Source of the DNA: a virus
Length of the DNA stretch: 64,000 nucleotides
Reading direction: 5' to 3' (one strand)
Virus record (IMG/VR): IMGVR_UViG_3300041964_000099
Coordinates: 1-64,000 of that record
Below, piece by piece: positions 37,456 through 47,194 of this stretch. The notes under the pieces were generated by a model. It searched no databases, was not told the DNA's origin, and was given only the letters and a program-made list of their open reading frames with translations. Position numbers and translations under genes: made by a program. Position 1 is the stretch's first letter. The number at the start of each line of letters is the position of its first letter.

Positions 37456-38367
37456 GTGCCTAGAAAACCCAAACTAACCAATGAGCAATTTTTAGCGCTG
37501 GTTAATTCAGTGCTTGAAGCACTGAATAAGCTTGACACCGATCGCACCTGGTCGATCTCCAGCGAAAGCGGCGCTCAAATCAGATTTGGAGCTAATGGTT
37601 CGCTTCTTACAAACATTTGGTATCGAGCGCAATCACACCAGTTGGTTATAGGTGAAGCTTCAAAGTTTACAGTTTCTGCCAACAAGCCGATCGATGAAAT
37701 TGCTCGCACCATTCACGTCAAATATGTCATTCCTGCCGTAGAACGCAGCAAGCAGTATTGGGCAAAACGACAGGAAGAGAAGGAGCTTGAGGACGCCAAA
37801 CACAAATTGGCCGCTGAGCTAGCGGCCTTGATTGGAGATGTGGTTACAGAACACCGTCCATACCATTTCAGTCATTTTTTGGGTGAGGGCTACCAAGGGA
37901 TTTATGTTTCAGGGAAAGTCAACTCGCTAGATTCGATCGAGTTGAACATCGTTCAACTCAAATCCAAAGAGCAGGCGATCGCCCTGCTGGAGTTTCTGAA
38001 AGAGTTGAACTCAGCCGATCGATCGGCCACCAAACAGCAGCAGCTCCAACGACAATTAAGAGATGGCAATATGAACGAAGGTATTGACAAAGCAGTAGAG
38101 GCAGCATCAGCAAGCGATCGCTTCAAGCAGAAAATTGCGACTATTCCGGTCGAGCAGCTTCGATCGGTACAGTTCGCGGTTGAAAGCCTGCCTGAGATGC
38201 CGCATCAAATCCTGGGCAGCGATCTGATAGAGCAAAAGGCAATAGACGCCAATTTAATCCGCTGGCTGATTCAGCGTGAGCTTGACACCAGAAAAGCAGG
38301 TGAACTGCCATATTCTTACGGGGAAATGTATTTGGCAATGGGCATTCCCAAAGAGTTTTTACGTTGA
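37456..38367 (+). CDS. hypothetical protein
   Basis: 303 aa; GTG start after AGGAG. Confidence 0.7.
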   Translation: MPRKPKLTNEQFLALVNSVLEALNKLDTDRTWSISSESGAQIRFGANGSLLTNIWYRAQSHQLVIGEASKFTVSANKPIDEIARTIHVKYVIPAVERSKQYWAKRQEEKELEDAKHKLAAELAALIGDVVTEHRPYHFSHFLGEGYQGIYVSGKVNSLDSIELNIVQLKSKEQAIALLEFLKELNSADRSATKQQQLQRQLRDGNMNEGIDKAVEAASASDRFKQKIATIPVEQLRSVQFAVESLPEMPHQILGSDLIEQKAIDANLIRWLIQRELDTRKAGELPYSYGEMYLAMGIPKEFLR

Positions 38368-38609
38368 TTCCCGGCAGCCTTACACACTCGATCGATTCCA
38401 CCATGATTTACGAATTCAGAAATCTAAACACAATTGAAGACCGGAAGTTTGAAGCAGACAGTTTCATCGAGGCTCTAAGTTTGGTCAGTAAAGAATGGTT
38501 TGACGGTTCACCTGTTATTGATTTTGTCCGAGATGACAGTTCTAGGGTCACGCTTCTGAGCAACAACCCACACGCAAACGTGATCGGCAGAGTTTACTTT
38601 TGGGATTAA
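38364..38609 (+). CDS. hypothetical protein
   Basis: 81-aa ORF; start uncertain. Confidence 0.5.
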   Translation: MIPGSLTHSIDSTMIYEFRNLNTIEDRKFEADSFIEALSLVSKEWFDGSPVIDFVRDDSSRVTLLSNNPHANVIGRVYFWD

Positions 38610-38664
38610 AGCGATCGACAGCGATCGATGTGATAACAGCTAGCTAACTCAAAAGGACAATCTT

Positions 38665-38973
38665 ATGAGCATTCAAACAGAAACTGTACAGCATCAAATG
38701 CCATATGCTTTTTCTGACCGAGCAGGATACGAAACAATTCAGCCAATAGTTTGTCCAGGCGATCAAATCACAATCACGAACTTCTGGGCTGATCCAGTCG
38801 TGGGCACGGTGCTACAAGTTTCGGAGGCTGGCTTGCTGTGGGTCGATGTGCCTGTTGCCACGAATGGAGGAGGCCCAGCGGTAGTAGTGTCGCGAAGCTA
38901 CGTGACTCGCATTGAAAGAGGCGAGTGCATCTGGGAGCGAAATCCAGCGATCGCCTGCGATAACAACGGCTAA
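38665..38973 (+). CDS. hypothetical protein
   Basis: 102 aa; AAGGA RBS. Confidence 0.6.
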   Translation: MSIQTETVQHQMPYAFSDRAGYETIQPIVCPGDQITITNFWADPVVGTVLQVSEAGLLWVDVPVATNGGGPAVVVSRSYVTRIERGECIWERNPAIACDNNG

Positions 38974-38996
38974 ATCAAGAGAACAATCTTATTACT

Positions 38997-39593
38997 GTGC
39001 AGACCATGACAACCTCCTTACGCCTATTTGACACTGGCAACCAAACCGAAATTCTCGTTTTTCAAACCGATCGGCATGAGTTTAGATCTATTCCTGTTGC
39101 CGAGCAAAATCATCGGTTTTACAAGCGAAATCTGCAACAAACCTTTCAAACCTGCGTTGTCGATGAAGCGGACTTGTCCATCCAAGAAAAGCGTCTCAGA
39201 GATAACGCAAAGCGTCTGCCAGTCTACTTCACACAGGATTACGAAGTCTCTGCTAGCGTTCAGATAATTGAAGCAGACAAAGCGATTTTGACGTTCGAGC
39301 CGCTGGCACATCCCATCTGGCTGGAGAACGACGCAAGGCATCGAGCTTACAATCTGCCTGAGACGGCAGAAGTGTCGATGCCTGTGTCTAGTCTGCTCGC
39401 AGCAACAATTCGCGAATGGCGCATAGGCAAGCAAAAGCCCAGCGATACAGACGCACCCACGAAAATCACAGGCTACGTTTATAGCCTCATCAACACGAGG
39501 GTAGGGCTACAGGTTTCGTCAGTTAGCTGGCAAAGCGGAGCGTTTGGGGCAGGAATCACTTTTTGCCATGTTACGATTCGCCTCCCGTCCTAA
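38997..39593 (+). CDS. hypothetical protein
   Basis: 198 aa. Confidence 0.6.
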   Translation: MQTMTTSLRLFDTGNQTEILVFQTDRHEFRSIPVAEQNHRFYKRNLQQTFQTCVVDEADLSIQEKRLRDNAKRLPVYFTQDYEVSASVQIIEADKAILTFEPLAHPIWLENDARHRAYNLPETAEVSMPVSSLLAATIREWRIGKQKPSDTDAPTKITGYVYSLINTRVGLQVSSVSWQSGAFGAGITFCHVTIRLPS

Positions 39594-39628
39594 AAAAAAT
39601 ATTATCTATCACCTGCCAAGGAGTTTGC

Positions 39629-39862
39629 ATGTCAACCAATTCAGAAACGACCGTCATTAAAACACCCGAAGGAGATGGGGAGCTAACCAACGAAGGTAAG
39701 GGGGGATGGCTTGTCAATCTTCCTTTTGCGAGCTTCAGATATGTTGGAACACGCGCCCAGGTTCGGCAGCTAATCAAGAGAAGTATTGACCAATATCAAG
39801 AGGAAGCAAAAAACAATGACGACGCAACAAAACTGGAACGCCATTCACTATCAACCCGATGA
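39629..39862 (+). CDS. hypothetical protein
   Basis: ATG 39629 after AAGGAG. Confidence 0.5.
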   Translation: MSTNSETTVIKTPEGDGELTNEGKGGWLVNLPFASFRYVGTRAQVRQLIKRSIDQYQEEAKNNDDATKLERHSLSTR

Positions 39863-40229
39863 CAACTCAACCATCGACAAATACGCTCGCATCCATTCGA
39901 TGCAAGATGTCTGGTACAAGTTAAAAAACTTGTTTCCAATCATTCAAGAACACTGGCTAGGAACGTTTGAAGCGCGTCGCTATGGGCACATTGCTGGCCT
40001 GATCGAACACGACGATCGATTTGCTGCAATTCGTGACCCAATGGGGCCGAAAAATAAAGAAGAATGGGTTCTTTTGGCTCAAGCAGTGATGGAAGCGATG
40101 TATGGCGTTCAGCTAACAGAGCAGGAACTGTATGAGCAAAAATCTTTTGGGCCTTATGACCCCTACAAGCTGCACAACCAGAGAGTTCAGCAGCAGATTG
40201 AAAACCGCTGTTCAAACAAAGAAAAGTAA
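39786..40229 (+). CDS. hypothetical protein
   Basis: 147-aa ORF; start may be MTTQQ. Confidence 0.6.
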   Translation: MTNIKRKQKTMTTQQNWNAIHYQPDDNSTIDKYARIHSMQDVWYKLKNLFPIIQEHWLGTFEARRYGHIAGLIEHDDRFAAIRDPMGPKNKEEWVLLAQAVMEAMYGVQLTEQELYEQKSFGPYDPYKLHNQRVQQQIENRCSNKEK

Positions 40230-40231
40230 CC

Positions 40232-40729
40232 ATGAATCCCAACGATCACCCCACTATGATCACGCTGATCGGCCAAGTCCGCAAAATTTGGGACGATCAC
40301 TATGCCGCCAACAGGCGCAAATTTGGAGAGCCGGAAGAAGAAGAGTGTTATTTTCATTTGACGCCTTGTTACCGATGCTCAGCTCCTTCCTGGCAGGAAC
40401 CCTGTCCGTGGTGTCACTTTTACCATATGGGCCGTGCTGATGCGAACGAAGCCGAGCAGAATCGCGAGAAAAATCGCCTTCCATTTGAACGATTCAAAAG
40501 CGCCGTAGACACGCATGGCAATTTTGCTGCGCTCTACTTCCGTTGCCACCACAACCCCAAACAATCGGCGATCGATGCGGCTGCGGCGCTGACTGACTGC
40601 CCCACTCCCGAACAAATTTGGGAAGCCGTCACAGGCTTAAACCCTGAGCAGCCGCGATCGGTTTACCCCATCCCCGTAGACCAGCGGGAGGCTCTGTTAA
40701 AACAGCGGTTAGAAGACGACAATTTCTGA
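40232..40729 (+). CDS. hypothetical protein with CxxC...CxxC
   Basis: PCYRC and PCPWC. Confidence 0.65.
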   Translation: MNPNDHPTMITLIGQVRKIWDDHYAANRRKFGEPEEEECYFHLTPCYRCSAPSWQEPCPWCHFYHMGRADANEAEQNREKNRLPFERFKSAVDTHGNFAALYFRCHHNPKQSAIDAAAALTDCPTPEQIWEAVTGLNPEQPRSVYPIPVDQREALLKQRLEDDNF

Positions 40730-41109
40730 TGAACAATTCCCCAAAAGCTCTGTTTCCCTCAATCAACGGTGAAGTCAACCCTGACAATCTAATCTGCTCT
40801 GGCCTGATTCCAGCGGAATTGAAGGGCAAACCCTGCCCCTACTCAATCAACGGACGGTTGCCCGACCTTGTTCCACTTGATGAAACCGATCCCAATTACA
40901 GCTCTGACAAAGGCAAGCCTGGAGACCTTTGCCCACCCTGCGCAAAACAACAGCTTGCTCATTTGGGCCACTGGCAAGGGCATCAACAGCAAGCGTTTCC
41001 TGAAGACCTCTTGCCCCTACGGTTGTTCAAGTGCCGCATGTGGTTTTGGCTGGTTATTCCTGGGCTGCATGATGCAGAGCCAACAAAGCTAAGCGAAAAC
41101 AACTCTTAA
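40729..41109 (+). CDS. Cys-containing hypothetical protein
   Basis: 126 aa; TGATG coupling; CPYS, LCPPC, FKCR. Confidence 0.65.
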   Translation: MNNSPKALFPSINGEVNPDNLICSGLIPAELKGKPCPYSINGRLPDLVPLDETDPNYSSDKGKPGDLCPPCAKQQLAHLGHWQGHQQQAFPEDLLPLRLFKCRMWFWLVIPGLHDAEPTKLSENNS

Positions 41110-41127
41110 AAAGGAAAGTGACCTAAC

Positions 41128-41607
41128 ATGGAACCGAGCAAAGTAACAATTTTCACGCCCTCGGAAGAGATCATTTTTGAGAAGACCCTACAAGATGGCC
41201 GGGTTGTAACGGTTCATCCAGCCTATGAAAACGCCAAAGTATTTAGGGTCAAATGTGGAGACAAATTCACCCGCGACTCTTATCAAAAACTCGCTGGCGT
41301 CAGAGGGGGAGGGTTTTGCCTTCCCTTTGGCAAAGATGCGGCGTTTGCAATGTCGCCCGAAGAGATCGATCAATTTAATCAGCAATGGCAATCATACCTT
41401 GACCGATTAGATGCACAGCATTTAGCGCAATCTGCTGCTCGCCGCGCTGCATTGGATCAAGTTCATCCCCGACTTAATTGGGCGATCGATACCTACGGCA
41501 CTTATGAAGAGGCCCAGCGCCAAGAAGATACGTTTGCCGCTGATTTGTTGCTGCAATTTGAATCAGGCACAATCGGACTCCCTTTGAACGATTCAGAGGG
41601 AGATTGA
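41128..41607 (+). CDS. hypothetical protein
   Basis: 159 aa; AAGGA RBS. Confidence 0.65.
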   Translation: MEPSKVTIFTPSEEIIFEKTLQDGRVVTVHPAYENAKVFRVKCGDKFTRDSYQKLAGVRGGGFCLPFGKDAAFAMSPEEIDQFNQQWQSYLDRLDAQHLAQSAARRAALDQVHPRLNWAIDTYGTYEEAQRQEDTFAADLLLQFESGTIGLPLNDSEGD

Positions 41608-41666
41608 ACAGTGCTAGAAGCTAGATCATTGATAGCTGCGATTGCGATTCTTTATCGTCAATAACC

Positions 41667-42725
41667 ATGCAATCGTCACAACTACGACTCAATCTCTTCT
41701 CAGCTTCCTGGGAGGAGTTTTTTTTAGATGCGATCGATTTATCCTCCTACGATCGCATCGTTATTTTTCTCTCCGGCGGTAAAGACTCAGTTTGCTGCTT
41801 GCTGATTGTCAGATATCTATTAGAGAAGCAAGGACTGCAAGACAAAATTGAAGTCGAAGCATGGCATCACTGCGTAGATGGGCGCGAAGAAGGCTTAAAT
41901 CTGATGGATTGGGCCTATACAGAGTCCTACTGCCAGAAGCTCTGTGATGCCTTCAATATCAAGCTCTACTTCTCGTGGCTTGAAGGAGGCATGGCGCGAG
42001 AACTGGTCAGGGAAAACCAAGCCAAATCGCGCACCTGGTTTGAAACGCCAGACGGTCTTATGTGTGCCGGTGGTAACTCAAAAGACCTGACTACTCGCCT
42101 GAATTTTCCGCAAACCAGCAATGATCTTAATGTGCGCTGGTGTAGCCCTTACTTAAAAATTGATGTAGGCCGCATCGCTGTTCGCAATCAAAAACGGTTC
42201 AAAGGCAGCCGGACGCTGCTAGTTTCAGGCGAGCGAGCAGAAGAAAGCCCAAAACGAGCCAAGTATTTGCAAATTGAGCCGGATGAAACGCATTGTGCCA
42301 GCCGCTATGTCGATCGCTGGCGACCCGTGCATCACATCGACCAGGTGATAGTTTGGCAGATTATTCAATATTTTGGCGTCAATCCAGCGCCGTCGTATCT
42401 GCTGGGTTTTGGCCGCAAAAGCTGCCGCAACTGCATTTTCAACGGAGATGACGAATGGGCCACGCTGCGGCAAATTGACCCAGAAGGCTTTGCCCGCATT
42501 CTCGCGTTCGAGTTGCTATTCCAAAAAACCATCTTCAACAGCAAGTTGCCGTTTGAGGAGCGCACGATCGAGGCCCGCGCCAATCGCGGCACACCGTTCC
42601 CAAACATGCAGCCCGACGACATTCGCGCTGCCCTCAGCTCCACATTCGATCGTCCAATCCTGCTACCTCCTGACAAATGGAAGTTGCCCGCAGGCGCGTT
42701 TGGCCGTAACTGTGGCCCCACTTAA
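41667..42725 (+). CDS. phosphoadenosine phosphosulfate (PAPS) reductase family protein
   Basis: PP-loop FLSGGKDS, RWCSPYLK, GERAEESPKR, WRPV, SCRNCIF. Confidence 0.85.
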   Translation: MQSSQLRLNLFSASWEEFFLDAIDLSSYDRIVIFLSGGKDSVCCLLIVRYLLEKQGLQDKIEVEAWHHCVDGREEGLNLMDWAYTESYCQKLCDAFNIKLYFSWLEGGMARELVRENQAKSRTWFETPDGLMCAGGNSKDLTTRLNFPQTSNDLNVRWCSPYLKIDVGRIAVRNQKRFKGSRTLLVSGERAEESPKRAKYLQIEPDETHCASRYVDRWRPVHHIDQVIVWQIIQYFGVNPAPSYLLGFGRKSCRNCIFNGDDEWATLRQIDPEGFARILAFELLFQKTIFNSKLPFEERTIEARANRGTPFPNMQPDDIRAALSSTFDRPILLPPDKWKLPAGAFGRNCGPT

Positions 42726-42730
42726 ACACT

Positions 42731-43000
42731 ATGGGAAAAAGAATACCGATCGAAATCAAGTTTGACAAGCTGCAAGCCCTGACCAGAGAAACAATTTGCC
42801 GTGAAGCTCAAAAGCTAGATTACGACGGCAAAGTAGACATCTATCGAAATCGAATTGTCACTCTCAAAACAACAGCGAAACAAATCATTTCTAAAGTTTT
42901 GGAAGAGTACAAACAAGCCTCGATCGAGCTGTTTGGAGAGGAAGATTACACAGATCAAGAGCTGGCTGACTTTAACTACCTCAAGTCGTTAGTTAAATAA
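42731..43000 (+). CDS. hypothetical protein
   Basis: 89 aa. Confidence 0.55.
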   Translation: MGKRIPIEIKFDKLQALTRETICREAQKLDYDGKVDIYRNRIVTLKTTAKQIISKVLEEYKQASIELFGEEDYTDQELADFNYLKSLVK

Positions 43001-43127
43001 CCAGCGCATTCGATCGCAACTGTGGCCCCAGCCAGCTTTCAAACAGCAAATCAACTCGATCGAGGCAGTGTCAACCGGCGCTGCCTCGATTTTGTTCAAG
43101 TTCAAGTCAACCGCATTGGAGGTTTAT

Positions 43128-43859
43128 ATGTGTTTGCAATCTGATCAACTGAAAAGCCCATTACTCGCCATCAGCTACAGCAAGCCGGAAACGCACCACG
43201 GCTACACTTCCGCAAAAATGTCGGCCTGTCCTGCATGGCGAGACGAGAGCAACGATATTCGCTGCTTCAGCAAATACCGACAATACCCCGATCGTTTCTA
43301 TCAGTCTCTGCGGCTGCAAACCTATGTGTCAGCGGACTCAAAGAGACAGTATGCCGATTCTAAAATCGCATACTTCGATCCCTACTCAGTCAATGCCGAG
43401 GAAGCGGAAATGATGCACAAAACATTGCAGCGGATTCGGCGGCAAATGTCGAAGTTCAATGACAAATTTGCCTACCCCGAAACCTTTGGAGGCGAAATAA
43501 ACCGACTTGCTTGGATAGTTGGGGCAAAAGAAATTTGGATTTGGCGAACAGAAAAAACGGGCGTATCACTGAAGCCAGCCGACGCGATCGAGGTCATAGA
43601 CCAGGACTGGATGCACCTTCAGACTGAATGCCAAATCAAGGCCGGAACCTATGACGGCGTAGTGAAATGCTTCACAACGGCCCCAGTTGAATACGACGGG
43701 TTTGGCACAGTAGCGCCGGAGACCCGCGAGATCAAAGGGCAGACCGTCCGGCTAGTTGAGATTGAAGGCCGCTACTATCGCTGGCAAGTCGATCGCTATC
43801 GCAGCGGACTGTACCTCACGACTCGCACCGAAGCAGAGATGACGCGCTATCTCAAGTAG
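43128..43859 (+). CDS. hypothetical protein, tandem paralog 1
   Basis: ATG 43128 after GGAGG; strongly similar to 43998-44723. Confidence 0.75.
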   Translation: MCLQSDQLKSPLLAISYSKPETHHGYTSAKMSACPAWRDESNDIRCFSKYRQYPDRFYQSLRLQTYVSADSKRQYADSKIAYFDPYSVNAEEAEMMHKTLQRIRRQMSKFNDKFAYPETFGGEINRLAWIVGAKEIWIWRTEKTGVSLKPADAIEVIDQDWMHLQTECQIKAGTYDGVVKCFTTAPVEYDGFGTVAPETREIKGQTVRLVEIEGRYYRWQVDRYRSGLYLTTRTEAEMTRYLK

Positions 43860-43997
43860 TGCTGGAAGCCGATGGCGATCGGCTTCCAGCACAAGGCACA
43901 CCCCTACCGGCTGGAGCTGCATCAGTTTCACTTCCGCAGCGCATTCGATCGCAACCGTGGCCCCAAGTTTTTCATTCAATCAACTAGGAGATTAACT

Positions 43998-44723
43998 ATG
44001 TCAGACGACAAAAAGCATCTAAAACCAATAATCGCTATTTCCAAAGGCCAGCCAGAATCGCATTACGGTTCAGTCCATGCAAAGATTGTGGCCTATCCTG
44101 CTTGCCAAGAAGAAGATGGAGTTGTTTATGGCTTGGGCAATAATTATCGATACCCTGATCGAGCTTATCAATCATTGGGAATGCACACATGGGTGTTTTC
44201 AGATACAAAGTCCTGTGGAGAATGCAAAATTGCTTATCGCGATGTCTATGAAATAGATTTTGACGACATGGAACGAATGAGCAAGACGATGCGCCGCATT
44301 CGCCGCCGTATTACTCAATATGTCGATAAAAACGGCTATGTTGAGACTTTTGGGCATCGTGTAGCGCGATTTGCTTGGGTTTTGAATGCCACACAAGTTT
44401 GGATTTGGCAGACAGAAAAAACCGGCATTTTGCTCAAGGTCGATGATGCGATCGATATCCTTAACCAAACTTGGGAGAATTTGCATATCGACTGCCAAAT
44501 CAAAGCTGGAACCTATGACGGCGTAGTGAAATGCTACACAACTGCGCCTGCGGACTATGACGCCTTTGAAAGCAAAACGATCGAACATTACAAAATTAAA
44601 GACAAGACAGTTCGCGTCGTTGAGATTGAAGGTCGGCATTACAATTGGCACGTCAGCCGCTATCAAAGCGGAATGCACATCACGACGCGCACTAAAGAGG
44701 AAATGGCTCTCTGTGTTGGATGA
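43998..44723 (+). CDS. hypothetical protein, tandem paralog 2
   Basis: ATG 43998 after AGGAG; shares CQIKAGTYDGVVKC and VEIEGR with paralog 1. Confidence 0.75.
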   Translation: MSDDKKHLKPIIAISKGQPESHYGSVHAKIVAYPACQEEDGVVYGLGNNYRYPDRAYQSLGMHTWVFSDTKSCGECKIAYRDVYEIDFDDMERMSKTMRRIRRRITQYVDKNGYVETFGHRVARFAWVLNATQVWIWQTEKTGILLKVDDAIDILNQTWENLHIDCQIKAGTYDGVVKCYTTAPADYDAFESKTIEHYKIKDKTVRVVEIEGRHYNWHVSRYQSGMHITTRTKEEMALCVG

Positions 44724-45043
44724 AAACTATCACTATCGAATTCCAGTACGAGGGCCACCCCTATCGCCTGGATCTGCATCAGTATCATTATCACTTCTAC
44801 GAAAAGCGAGCGCTCACCGTCTGGGAGGGCGCTTTATTTTTGGCAGCCGTTACAGACCCGACCACGTTTGAGCGCATCAACCCCAGCCGCGAGCTGGCCG
44901 TTGCTGCGCTGCAAGCCATCAAAGTGTTGCCCGCTGCTCAGCGGCGCAGGATTGCACGACGGGCGATCGATCGCGTCGTTGCTCTCCTCACTGAGGACTA
45001 TGTGAAAAATCTGCAAATCTGCCAATCGATCGGCGTACTTTGA
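44720..45043 (+). CDS. hypothetical protein
   Basis: 107 aa; a truncated copy of its 5' end lies at about 43872-43935. Confidence 0.6.
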   Translation: MKTITIEFQYEGHPYRLDLHQYHYHFYEKRALTVWEGALFLAAVTDPTTFERINPSRELAVAALQAIKVLPAAQRRRIARRAIDRVVALLTEDYVKNLQICQSIGVL

Positions 45044-45071
45044 CCACTAATTCATTCAAGGAGTTCATTCA

Positions 45072-46196
45072 ATGGCAACAACACGACGAACAAAACGCGC
45101 GACTCGCGAAGAATTGCCAGATGAGCTGGCAAACAGCTTTTACGAGTTTGAATGCGTCCAGTTTCTCCAGTCAAAGCACAATGCTTGGGTTGCTACTATT
45201 CCCGCTAGACAAATTCACAGCTTATTTGCTCTGCGCGAGGCTCGCGCTAGTAATCCGCTGGAATGGTGGCAACGTGGTATCAATTTCAGTCGAGTCAAGA
45301 AACTGGTTAAGTATGTGATCGATGCGATGCTGTCTAACCGCCAGAAACGTTACATTCTGCCTTGTGTCACAGTCGCCATCAATGGCGATGTGGACTTTGA
45401 AGAGTATTTTCAAGATCGCAACGATCGGCACAGCGGCATTCTAAAAGTTCAATATGGCGCAGTGTTTTGCTGCGTTGATGGACAGCATAGGCTGTGCGGG
45501 CTGGGAGATTCCTTTAGCGCTCAGCCTGACCTGATGCAGTGTGAATCAATTGCCGTGATGTTTTTTGTTGACTTGGGAGGGCACTTCAAGGAACAAGCTT
45601 TTCTCGATATCAACACAAATGCTGTCCGGCCCAGTCCGTCAATTTTTGCATTATTCAACCACAATGACCCGATCGCAGAAGCGGCGCGGCAGGTGGCGAC
45701 GACAATTCACGCTTTCAAATTAGTGACCGACATGGAAAACACGAACATCCGGCCACGCGACACTTTGAACATTTTCACCCTCAATGCAATCAACGCCGCT
45801 TGCAAGGAATTGTGGAAAGGCATTGAGCTTGAAGAAAATGTTGATCTAGTGGCCGAGACCTTACAATTTTGGTCGATCGTAGAAAAGCACATGGGTGCAT
45901 GGAAAATCATCAGAAGTCTTAACGTCAACAAGTCATTATTTCTATCTGACTACATTGCCTGCAATGCCTTGACTTTGATGGCATTGGGAATGCTGGGCAA
46001 TGTGCTGCGAAAGGAAGGAACCGATTGGGAGTCGGTTCTTCCGCGCCTCGCAACTGTTGACTGGGGGCGGCACAACCCTGAATGGAGAGATCTATTTATC
46101 TTCAACGGCAATCTGGTTAAAACTCAGCAAACATGCCGTGCCTTCGCGACCTGGCTCTACGGCCACGTCAAGACCAGCGATAAACCCGCTGAATAA
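45072..46196 (+). CDS. dndB: DGQHR-domain DNA sulfur modification protein DndB homolog
   Basis: RGINFSRVKKL..Y, YILP, VDGQHR, QAFLDINTNAVRPSPSI..LFNHND. Confidence 0.85.
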   Translation: MATTRRTKRATREELPDELANSFYEFECVQFLQSKHNAWVATIPARQIHSLFALREARASNPLEWWQRGINFSRVKKLVKYVIDAMLSNRQKRYILPCVTVAINGDVDFEEYFQDRNDRHSGILKVQYGAVFCCVDGQHRLCGLGDSFSAQPDLMQCESIAVMFFVDLGGHFKEQAFLDINTNAVRPSPSIFALFNHNDPIAEAARQVATTIHAFKLVTDMENTNIRPRDTLNIFTLNAINAACKELWKGIELEENVDLVAETLQFWSIVEKHMGAWKIIRSLNVNKSLFLSDYIACNALTLMALGMLGNVLRKEGTDWESVLPRLATVDWGRHNPEWRDLFIFNGNLVKTQQTCRAFATWLYGHVKTSDKPAE

Positions 46197-46257
46197 GCAG
46201 AACATCAGAACATCTATCTGATTTTCAAAAAGTTCTGAAAATTGTAGTCTAGTACCC

Positions 46258-46295
46258 TTGTTTTGATTGTATGCAACTGCATACAATCAAAACAA
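46258..46295. promoter_or_regulatory. perfect 18-bp inverted repeat (operator/promoter-like)
   Basis: TTGTTTTGATTGTATGCA-AC-TGCATACAATCAAAACAA. Confidence 0.8.
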
Positions 46296-46372
46296 TTCAC
46301 TCAAGTTGTTCGCAATTCACAACCTGTAACGATGCAAGGAAGCGCGATCGCGCTCCTTCTGAACCTAAATTT

Positions 46373-46840
46373 ATGACTGACTGGACAAAACGCAACGAAG
46401 CATCTTCAGTTTCATTCCGTGATGCTAAAGTCAAAAGCTCGCTGGTCAATCGTGGTCGGCCTGGAGCGATTGCCAAGCGAGACCTGACCCGCTTCTACCT
46501 GCTGCTAAATCACGCACTTGAGACAGTTGAGCTAACCCCTGAAGAAGCGATGCTGCTCTGTGACGCGCTCAATGGCTTGCGGTTTGACTTCAACATCGAT
46601 CCAAGTCGATCGCTATTTTCTGAAATTCAAGATGCGATTGAGACCGATGATCTTGCTAATAAATGGCAAGTTGATGGCAGCGGCCTGCTGATGAAGATCA
46701 AAAGCTGTTCCACATTACAGGCTGTTGCGATTATTGACGCGATCGAGCGATTTTGGAGTGCTCCGAAGCAACCCTTGAAAGGACACGATGAAAGACTTAA
46801 GTGTGTTCGACTCATCCGAGGAAATTCCACCTCGAACTGA
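46373..46840 (+). CDS. hypothetical protein, possible RHH-type N-terminus
   Basis: SVSFRD..., AKRDLTRFY, EEAMLLCDALNG, KWQVDG, DAIERFW; probable ATG 46373. Confidence 0.7.
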   Translation: MTDWTKRNEASSVSFRDAKVKSSLVNRGRPGAIAKRDLTRFYLLLNHALETVELTPEEAMLLCDALNGLRFDFNIDPSRSLFSEIQDAIETDDLANKWQVDGSGLLMKIKSCSTLQAVAIIDAIERFWSAPKQPLKGHDERLKCVRLIRGNSTSN

Positions 46841-46933
46841 GGTTGCATTGCTGCGATTTCGTGGCGACGATCCTTACTGGGTTCGGGGCTATGAAATTTT
46901 CGACCCCAGCCTAGAGCATTCAACCAACAAAGG

Positions 46934-47194
46934 TTGTATGTCGTTAAAGTTCCAACGATTCGATCGAATTTGGTCTATCTAGTTCGTCAAGGGCAACAGG
47001 GGAAGCCGATCGCTTACCCACTTTCGCAAATCAGAAAAATTCAGCCAGGGAAACACTACTGGACTCACGCTGAAGTTTTTGGGACTGTAAGCGAGACGCA
47101 AGGGGTCTCGATCACAGTCACAGCTCACGAAGCGGAGCCAGAGGATTTATCGCTAGCTGACGACTTAAACAACAACGAAAATGAAGAATTCTGA
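46934..47194 (+). CDS. hypothetical protein
   Basis: 86 aa. Confidence 0.45.
   Translation: MYVVKVPTIRSNLVYLVRQGQQGKPIAYPLSQIRKIQPGKHYWTHAEVFGTVSETQGVSITVTAHEAEPEDLSLADDLNNNENEEF

Noticed and set aside
41667-46196. Complete Dnd phosphorothioation system
   Set aside because: No dndA, dndD, dndE or dndFGH recognised, and the two genes are separated by unrelated ORFs
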